Shown piece after piece: positions 58,283 through 64,000 of a stretch of DNA of 64,000 nt. Origin of the DNA: Bacilli bacterium (GTDB taxonomy: Bacteria; Bacillota_I; Bacilli_A; RF39; UBA660); contig JAFYYX010000001.1 in the NCBI GenBank assembly GCA_017548925.1, forward strand, positions 30,829-94,828. Reading direction: 5' to 3'. The notes beneath the pieces were generated by a model that searched no databases, was not told where the DNA came from, and saw only the letters and a list, made by a program, of their open reading frames with translations. The stretch's first letter is position 1. Each line of letters starts with the position of its first letter. The translations under genes were made by a program, and so were the position numbers.

Positions 58283-58783
58283 ATGAGAAAAATAGTTATT
58301 TTTATTTTTATGATAACATTACTAATATGTATTTTAAATAAGAAAAATAGTGTTTTAATACCTAATTTAGCTGTTAGAATAAGGGTAATAGCTAACAGTA
58401 ATGATATAAAGGATCAAGAAATAAAAAACATAATTAAAAACGAAGTAAGTTCACTTTTATATTCAAAATTACAAAATATTGATAATTATAAAGCAGCTAG
58501 TAAGATTATCGAAAGTACGATACCGGAAGTAAAAAATATAATAAATAAATACACAAATAATTATGAAATAAATTATGGAGAAAACTACTTTCCAGAGAAA
58601 GAATATAAAGGTGTAAGATACGAAAAAGGTGATTATAAATCATTACTAATAAAACTAGGTGAAGGAAAAGGAAATAATTTTTGGTGTGTGTTATTTCCTC
58701 CGCTATGCATGATTGATGAATCAAAACTAAATAATGTGGCGTATAGCCTTTATGTTACTGAATTACTAAAAAAGATTAAATAA
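58283..58783 (+). CDS. spoIIR: Stage II sporulation protein R
   Basis: Signal anchor and IRVIANSNDIKDQEIK (approximating SpoIIR R(L/F)HV(I/L)ANSDS..DQ.LK). Synteny prfA-prmC-spoIIR as in Bacillus. Confidence 0.7.
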   Translation: MRKIVIFIFMITLLICILNKKNSVLIPNLAVRIRVIANSNDIKDQEIKNIIKNEVSSLLYSKLQNIDNYKAASKIIESTIPEVKNIINKYTNNYEINYGENYFPEKEYKGVRYEKGDYKSLLIKLGEGKGNNFWCVLFPPLCMIDESKLNNVAYSLYVTELLKKIK

Positions 58784-58807
58784 CATATATTTAAAAAGGG
58801 GGGATAT

Positions 58808-59317
58808 ATGTTATGTTTAGAGTTATTCTTTATTGGAATTAGCCTAAGTATAGATGCATTTTCTCTAGCAGTAAGTATAGGCATTAATAGCAAAATATAT
58901 AAAAAACATAAGTTATATGCATTTATAGTAGGTTTATTTCATTTTTTTATGCCTATATTTGGTTTTTTATTAAGAACAGTAATAAATTATATCGTTATAC
59001 TTCCAAATAAAATGATATTTTCAATTGTTTTAGTTTTGATAATGTTTGAAATCATAACTGAAAAAGAAAATACTAAATCATATATAAATCCAGTGATATT
59101 TGCATTTTCCGTAAGTTTAGATAGTTTTACTATTGGTATTTCGTTAGATAAATCAAAAATATTAATAGCATCATTGATTTTTTCTATTACAAGTTTCTTG
59201 TTTTCTTATTTTGGTTTTATTATTGCAAATAAGATAAGAAAGAAATTTAGTAAAAATCTAAAATTCATTTCAATTGGTATTTTACTTATTATTCTTGTAT
59301 ATAATATCCTTATTTAA
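58808..59317 (+). CDS. DUF204 / MntP-YtaF family membrane protein (putative Mn2+ efflux or sporulation YtaF-like)
   Basis: Two DUF204 repeats (SIDAFSLAVSIG and SLDSFTIGISL). 6 TM. Confidence 0.6.
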   Translation: MLCLELFFIGISLSIDAFSLAVSIGINSKIYKKHKLYAFIVGLFHFFMPIFGFLLRTVINYIVILPNKMIFSIVLVLIMFEIITEKENTKSYINPVIFAFSVSLDSFTIGISLDKSKILIASLIFSITSFLFSYFGFIIANKIRKKFSKNLKFISIGILLIILVYNILI

Positions 59318-59389
59318 TGTAAAGAAATAGGTGTGTTTTATTGACAAAATATTATATAAAACATATATTAAAAGTGGAGGATGTTATTT

Positions 59390-60229
59390 ATGAATATTAA
59401 AGAGACTTTATTAAAGGCAAAAAATGAAAAATATGCAATACCTCAATTTAATATAAATAACCTTGAATGGGCTAAATATATACTTGAAGTATGTGAAGAA
59501 GAAAAATCACCTGTTTTTTTAGGTGTATCTTCTGGTGCAGCAAAGTATATGGGTGGATTTGATGTTATAGTTGGTATGGTTAATGGACTTAAAAAAGACT
59601 TAAATATAACTGTTCCAGTTATGCTACATTTAGATCATGCAACTACATTTGAATTATGTAAGGATGCTGTTGATGCAGGATTTGATTCAATCATGTTTGA
59701 TGGTTCAAAAGGCTCATATGAAGATAATATAAAAACAACTAACGAAGTTAAAAACTATTTAAAAGGTCAACTTTTAGAAGCTGAAATAGGTAAAATAGGT
59801 GGAGAAGAAGATGGTATAGCTAATGAACTATACTTTACTTCAGTTGAAGAAGCAGAGGATTTTATTAGTAAAACTAATATTGATATGCTTGCACCTGCTT
59901 TAGGTTCAGTACATGGAATTTACAAGGGAGAACCTGATATAAAATTAGATATTATGAAAGAAATATCTGATAAAACTAATATGCCATTAGTTTTACATGG
60001 TGGTAGTGGAATACCTGAAGAAATATTAAAACAAGCAGTACAAAATGGAATTTGTAAAGCTAATTTTAATACAGAATTACAACTAGGATGGCACAAAGCA
60101 GTTTTAGAATTTGTTGAAAATAATAAAGATGTATATGATCCAAGAAAAGTAATATCTTCTGGAGAAGAAGGACTTAAAAATGTTGCAAGAGAATACATCC
60201 GTATTCTAGGTTCTAAAGGAAAAGCATAG
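59390..60229 (+). CDS. fba: Fructose-bisphosphate aldolase, class II
   Basis: AIPQFNINNLEW...HLDH motifs. Start at the ATG at 59390 (SD GGAGG at proper spacing). Confidence 0.9.
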   Translation: MNIKETLLKAKNEKYAIPQFNINNLEWAKYILEVCEEEKSPVFLGVSSGAAKYMGGFDVIVGMVNGLKKDLNITVPVMLHLDHATTFELCKDAVDAGFDSIMFDGSKGSYEDNIKTTNEVKNYLKGQLLEAEIGKIGGEEDGIANELYFTSVEEAEDFISKTNIDMLAPALGSVHGIYKGEPDIKLDIMKEISDKTNMPLVLHGGSGIPEEILKQAVQNGICKANFNTELQLGWHKAVLEFVENNKDVYDPRKVISSGEEGLKNVAREYIRILGSKGKA

Positions 60230-60230
60230 T

Positions 60231-61505
60231 ATGAAGAAGATTATTATTAATGGTGGAAATAAATTATCAGGCACAATACCTATATCTGGTGCCAAAAATA
60301 GTGCTGTTGCAATAATACCTGCAGCAATTTTATGTGATGAACAATCAAGTATTTATAATGTTCCAAATATAAGTGATAGGGATGCTTTAATAGATATTCT
60401 TCATTTACTTAATTGTGAAACAAGTTTAAATGGTGATCTATTAAAAATTGATTCATCAAAATTAGAAAACAAAAAAATACCTCTAGAGTTAAGTAAAAAA
60501 ATGAGAGCATCATATTATTTCATGGGTGCACTTTTATCAAAATTTAAACACGTAGAAATGTACTTCCCTGGAGGATGTAATATAGGTAAAAGACCTATAG
60601 ATATTCATATTAAAGGTTTTGAAGCTTTAGGCGCTAAAGTAAAAATTAAAGGTGATTTATATACAATTGATGCAAAAGAATTAAATGGAACAAATATTAC
60701 TTTAGATTTTGCATCTGTTGGCGCAACAATTAATATTATGTTTGCTGCTGTTAAAGCAAAAGGAAAGACTATTATTAGAAATGCTGCTAGAGAAGCAGAA
60801 ATTGTTAATATTGCTACATTCTTAAATAACATGGGAGCTAAAATAACTGGTGCTGGTACGAGCATTATTCGTATTGAAGGTGTAGAACACTTACATAGAA
60901 CAATGATTGAGGTAATACCAGATCGTATTGAAGCAGCAACATATATTATTTTAGGTGCTATGATTGGTGATAATTTAAAAATTGAAAATATTATTCCTGA
61001 ACATATTGATGCATTATTATCAAAATTAAAAGATATGAATGTTAAGTATGAAGTTGACGAAACAAGCGTTACAATATCAAAATGTGATAACGTTAAATCA
61101 ACCAATATAAGAACAGAAGTATATCCAGGTTTTGTTACTGATATGGGTCAACCAATGTCTGTACTACTTACTCAAGCTCATGGTGTTTCTCTATTTGAAG
61201 AAACTATTTGGGAAAATAGAATGGGACATGTTAAATATTTAAATAAAATGGGTGCCAATATTAAAAATGGTAATACAAATTCTGTAACTATAGGACCGAC
61301 ACCTCTTTATGGTTGTGAAGTTGAAGCAACAGATTTAAGAGGTGGAGCAGCAATGGTACTTGCTGGTTTAATTGCTGAAGGTACAACAACTATAACTTCT
61401 ATTGAACATATATTAAGAGGGTATGATAGTATCATTACAAAACTTAAAAATGTTGGAGCAGACATAAAAATAGAAGATGACGAAAAAGATTTAGTCAATA
61501 TGTAA
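60231..61505 (+). CDS. murA: UDP-N-acetylglucosamine 1-carboxyvinyltransferase
   Basis: MKKIIINGGNKLSGTI.ISGAKNS. Catalytic Cys context (GGCNIGKRPID). Confidence 0.95.
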   Translation: MKKIIINGGNKLSGTIPISGAKNSAVAIIPAAILCDEQSSIYNVPNISDRDALIDILHLLNCETSLNGDLLKIDSSKLENKKIPLELSKKMRASYYFMGALLSKFKHVEMYFPGGCNIGKRPIDIHIKGFEALGAKVKIKGDLYTIDAKELNGTNITLDFASVGATINIMFAAVKAKGKTIIRNAAREAEIVNIATFLNNMGAKITGAGTSIIRIEGVEHLHRTMIEVIPDRIEAATYIILGAMIGDNLKIENIIPEHIDALLSKLKDMNVKYEVDETSVTISKCDNVKSTNIRTEVYPGFVTDMGQPMSVLLTQAHGVSLFEETIWENRMGHVKYLNKMGANIKNGNTNSVTIGPTPLYGCEVEATDLRGGAAMVLAGLIAEGTTTITSIEHILRGYDSIITKLKNVGADIKIEDDEKDLVNM

Positions 61506-61526
61506 TTGTTACAAAAGTCCTGAAAT

Positions 61527-61555
61527 TTGACAAATTTGTGTAAATATGGTAATAT
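61527..61555 (+). promoter_or_regulatory. Strong sigma-A-type promoter (TTGACA-17-TGgTAATAT) driving the downstream noncoding region
   Basis: Perfect -35. 17-nt spacer. Extended -10 TGnTAATAT. Confidence 0.6.
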
Positions 61556-61561
61556 TTAATA

Positions 61562-62084
61562 CATACATGTGGAGCACTATTCTAGTCGCATATGTTGTTT
61601 GAAGGTAGGGCTAAAAATCTACCAATCGCGAAAAGACACTTTGTATATTAGCTTCATCCGCCCAGGTTGGGGTGATATATAATTTTAAGCCTAAGGAAAG
61701 TTATAATGGCATATAACCTATAGTCCTTTTGCTACGTCCGTTAATTAAAAATCGTGTGTCGTGAGTGATTATGTGGGATAAACATATAAGAGTACTGCTA
61801 TTGATCAAGCTTTCATCTGTTTTGAAAACATAGTTGCAAAAGCGAATAAGAACAGCCTCTATAGCGTCAGGGAAAACCTCTAGAGTGTATATATTGTAGG
61901 TATTAAAGTATGGACTAAGTGGCAATCGAGTATTGTGGACGGTATTAATAGTTGCAATAGATTCATTAAGGAGAAATCGCCTAAGGGTAACCTATGGTTG
62001 AATCTAGAGAAATTCAACTCGACCTAAGCCATAAAATTGATTTACAATATACCATTTATGTATATTTTTAATTAAAGAACTTTA
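61562..62084 (+). ncRNA. Candidate large structured noncoding RNA (about 520 nt), possibly OLE-like
   Basis: No ORF longer than 60 aa on either strand. GC is about 38-43% versus about 26% for the window. It is promoter-driven and has multiple local hairpins (e.g. GGUAG..CUACC at 61604-61623, GUUGAAU..AUUCAAC at 62006-62027, UUAGCUU..AAGCCUAA at 61648-61694). CCUAAG is repeated three times. It runs directly into a 4-TM protein gene. Confidence 0.45.
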
Positions 62085-62100
62085 AAGGAGAGGGTTTTAT

Positions 62101-62616
62101 TTGAAAAATCTTAACTGGCCTATTAAAGTTTTTTTTATTACTTTTTTCTTAGCAGCAATATTTAGTGGAGCAACTTCTTTAGTAGCTAATCTAAATGTTA
62201 TTGCATTAAGTATCATATTAATATTTGTAATATTTATAGGTATTATTTTTGATATGGTTGGTGTTGCTGCTTTAACAAGTAAAAAAGAAAACTTTCATGC
62301 AATGGCATCTAAAAAAATTAAAGGATCAAAAGAAGCCATTAATCTACTTAAAAATCCGAATATGGTAGCTACTGTATGTAATGATGTAGTAGGAGATATA
62401 TGTGGTATTGTAAGTGGTGGATTTGGTGCTTTACTTGCAATTGCTATTGCTGAAGGTATAGATATATCAGTTGTTGTTTCAACAATTATAGTTACAGCAA
62501 TTATTTCATCTCTTACTGTAGGCGGAAAAGCAATAGGAAAAACTATTGCTATAAAAAAAGCTGACAGTATTATTTATACTGCCGCAAAATTAAAGAAAAT
62601 GTTAAGTATTAAATAA
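62101..62616 (+). CDS. Small 4-TM membrane protein with DxxxD motif (OapA-like candidate)
   Basis: 171 aa. TTG start with SD AGGAGAG. Four predicted TM helices. NDVVGD (D95-x3-D99) lies between TM2 and TM3. A GxxxG-rich TM3 (GIVSGGFGALLAIAIAEG) is present. Confidence 0.5.
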   Translation: MKNLNWPIKVFFITFFLAAIFSGATSLVANLNVIALSIILIFVIFIGIIFDMVGVAALTSKKENFHAMASKKIKGSKEAINLLKNPNMVATVCNDVVGDICGIVSGGFGALLAIAIAEGIDISVVVSTIIVTAIISSLTVGGKAIGKTIAIKKADSIIYTAAKLKKMLSIK

Positions 62617-62709
62617 TTTATGCTTGAAAGAGCATAAAAGTATGATATAATACCTATGCGAATGAAAAAAACTATGTTATGGATTTAACATGGCGAAAGG
62701 AGAATATAG

Positions 62710-62928
62710 ATGAAAAAGAATATCCATCCTGAATTAAAAGATTGTACAGTTACTTGTGCATGTGGAGCTTCATTTAAAACTAAATCAACAAAAGAAAATA
62801 TCTCTGTTGAAGTTTGTAGTGAATGTCATCCATTCTATACTGGTAAACAAGGTAGAAATAAAAAAACAGGAAACATTGAAAAATTTAACCGTAAATATGG
62901 ATTAGATAAAGATAATAAAGCAGCATAA
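62710..62928 (+). CDS. rpmE: 50S ribosomal protein L31 (Zn-ribbon type)
   Basis: MKKNIHPE... with two CxxC pairs (CACG / CSEC). Confidence 0.95.
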   Translation: MKKNIHPELKDCTVTCACGASFKTKSTKENISVEVCSECHPFYTGKQGRNKKTGNIEKFNRKYGLDKDNKAA

Positions 62929-62990
62929 TTAGTTGCTTTTTATTTTTATTTATAAGATAATTATTTATAGAAAGAATGTGTGATTAATTC

Positions 62991-63434
62991 ATGAAAATAT
63001 TTATAGCAGCAGACCATAAAGGCGTAGAACTTAAGGAAGAAGTAATTAATTATTTAACTAATAATAGTATTGAAGTAGAAGATATTGGACTTAAAAACTA
63101 TGAATTAGATGATTATCCTGATTTTGCATTTGCAGTTTGTGAGAAAGTCGTTAAAACTGAAGATAGTTTAGGAATTTTAATTTGTGGTAATGGTATCGGA
63201 ATGAGTATTGCTGCAAATAAAGTTAAAGGTATTAGAGCTGCAAGGGCTGTTACTGTAGATGATGCTTTTAAAGCAAAAAATCATAACGGAGCAAATGTTA
63301 TAGCTTTAAGTAGTGAAGTAGATATTGCAACAACTAAAGAAATTATTGATACGTTCTTAATTACTAAAGCAGCTGATGATGAAAGATTCATAAGACGTAT
63401 TGATAAAATAGCCAAATACGAAAGTAGTAATTAA
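62991..63434 (+). CDS. rpiB: Ribose-5-phosphate isomerase B (RpiB/LacAB family)
   Basis: MKIFIAADHKGVELKE...ILICGNGIGMSIAANK motifs. Confidence 0.85.
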   Translation: MKIFIAADHKGVELKEEVINYLTNNSIEVEDIGLKNYELDDYPDFAFAVCEKVVKTEDSLGILICGNGIGMSIAANKVKGIRAARAVTVDDAFKAKNHNGANVIALSSEVDIATTKEIIDTFLITKAADDERFIRRIDKIAKYESSN

Positions 63435-63435
63435 T

Positions 63436-63633
63436 ATGAATTATAAAACATATATTTATATTGTAAGTGTGTTACTTTCAACATTTGCAATATCAGGCAT
63501 AAATTTTAGTAATGTTTTTAGGAAGAATAAAGTAGTTGAAGCAAAGATATTAGTTGTACTTTTATCAATAGCTCTAGGATATCTTGTTGGAACATTTGCA
63601 ATAACTTTTATCGAATGTAGTAAAATTATATAA
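63436..63633 (+). CDS. Small 2-TM membrane protein, unknown
   Basis: 65-aa ORF starting 2 nt after the rpiB stop. Confidence 0.3.
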   Translation: MNYKTYIYIVSVLLSTFAISGINFSNVFRKNKVVEAKILVVLLSIALGYLVGTFAITFIECSKII

Positions 63634-63645
63634 GGAGACATGATT

Positions 63646-64000
63646 ATGCTTAATAAATTACTTGCATTCATAGTTATAATTGAATTACTGTTTTTATTTA
63701 TTGTTAATCCAAGCGATAATAAAAAAGTAAATTATAAGTATTCAGTAAATATCTATAAACCAAGTGATTTGGATAAAGCAAAACTAGAAAATTATGTTAT
63801 TGGAGTAGTAGCAGCAGAAATGCCTGCTACTTTTTCTGTTGAATCATTAAAAGCGCAAGCTGTTGCTGCACGTACGTTTGCATATAAAAAAATTATTAAT
63901 AACAAGCTAGATTATAATAATTTATCAACAGACAAAGGCCAAGCATATATTACAGTAGATGAAATGAAGAAAAAATGGGGTTTAAAGTTTGATGAATATT
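63646..64000 (+). CDS. spoIID: Stage II sporulation protein D (SpoIID/LytB domain), 5' partial (runs off window)
   Basis: Signal anchor, then YVIGVVAAEMPATFSVESLKAQAVAARTFA, the hallmark SpoIID motif. SD TAAGGAGA lies 7 nt upstream of the ATG at 63646. Not in the ORF track because there is no stop in the window. Confidence 0.8.
   Translation, partial: MLNKLLAFIVIIELLFLFIVNPSDNKKVNYKYSVNIYKPSDLDKAKLENYVIGVVAAEMPATFSVESLKAQAVAARTFAYKKIINNKLDYNNLSTDKGQAYITVDEMKKKWGLKFDEY

Noticed and set aside
61560-62090. The long noncoding region as tmRNA, RNase P RNA, rRNA fragment, riboswitch or T-box leader
   Set aside because: No tRNA-like 3' end (GGUUCGAUUCC...CCA) and no tag ORF for tmRNA. No GGAAAGUCCGG P4 motif for RNase P. 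No T-box AGGGUGGNACCGCG, no B12-box, no glycine, SAM or TPP cores. It is too long for a single riboswitch.
62617-62709. Hairpin uuaugcuu-gaaag-agcauaa after the OapA-like gene as a rho-independent terminator, or as an rpmE leader element
   Set aside because: The stem is short and not followed by a U-run. It could be a weak terminator or processing site, but evidence is insufficient.
1-64000. Mollicute-style genetic code (UGA=Trp), given about 26% GC and the rpoE-delta subunit
   Set aside because: The tRNA-Trp at 2895..2968 has anticodon CCA, not UCA. All housekeeping ORFs are full length under the standard code. Sporulation genes are present.
1-64000. CRISPR arrays, IS elements, integrases or prophage genes
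   Set aside because: No regularly spaced direct repeats, no transposase, recombinase or phage structural ORFs were recognisable. The only dispersed repeat is the parS pair.

Overview
This is a very AT-rich (about 26% GC) Firmicute chromosome segment that spans the replication origin. Genes appear to use the standard genetic code: a tRNA-Trp with anticodon CCA is present and ORFs are long and uninterrupted under code 11.

The core is a classic origin neighbourhood. On the minus strand lie recR, ybaB, dnaX, tadA, SRP RNA, gyrA, gyrB, recF, dnaN and dnaA. Then comes oriC with two perfect tandem DnaA boxes. On the plus strand follow rpmH, rnpA, yidC, jag, mnmE, mnmG, rsmG and a single Noc-like ParB.

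The organism looks like an endospore former. Sporulation-linked genes include spoVG, veg, yabG, yabP, yabQ, divIC, spoVT, yaaT, spoIIR and spoIID, plus sleB-like and cwlD-like cortex hydrolases. An RNA polymerase delta subunit is also present.

The left 16 kb looks more accessory. It carries an Abi_2 abortive-infection gene fused head-to-tail with an htrA protease gene, a glycosyltransferase cluster containing a split Alg14/Alg13-type enzyme, small cysteine-rich and lysine-rich peptides, and a zinc phospholipase C-like gene.

The ORF track misses the following RNA-level and site-level features.
- A small SRP RNA lies on the minus strand between tadA and gyrA.
- Two perfect parS palindromes (TGTTCCACGTGGAACA) sit just upstream of that RNA.
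- tRNA-Trp lies at 2.9 kb.
- A roughly 520-nt, GC-enriched, promoter-driven noncoding region lies between murA and rpmE. It leads directly into a small four-transmembrane protein with a DxxxD motif. I suspect this is an OLE-RNA/OapA-like ribonucleoprotein locus, or another large ornate ncRNA. It occupies the slot where rho sits in Bacillus.

Other oddities follow.
- A ComK homolog lies between dnaN and recF.
- A pair of catalytically degenerate EcfA-like ABC domains lies upstream of truA with no EcfT.
- The Noc-type ParB lacks soj and spo0J partners and carries a roughly 270-aa acidic disordered tail.

All calls are from reading the sequence. No database search was run.
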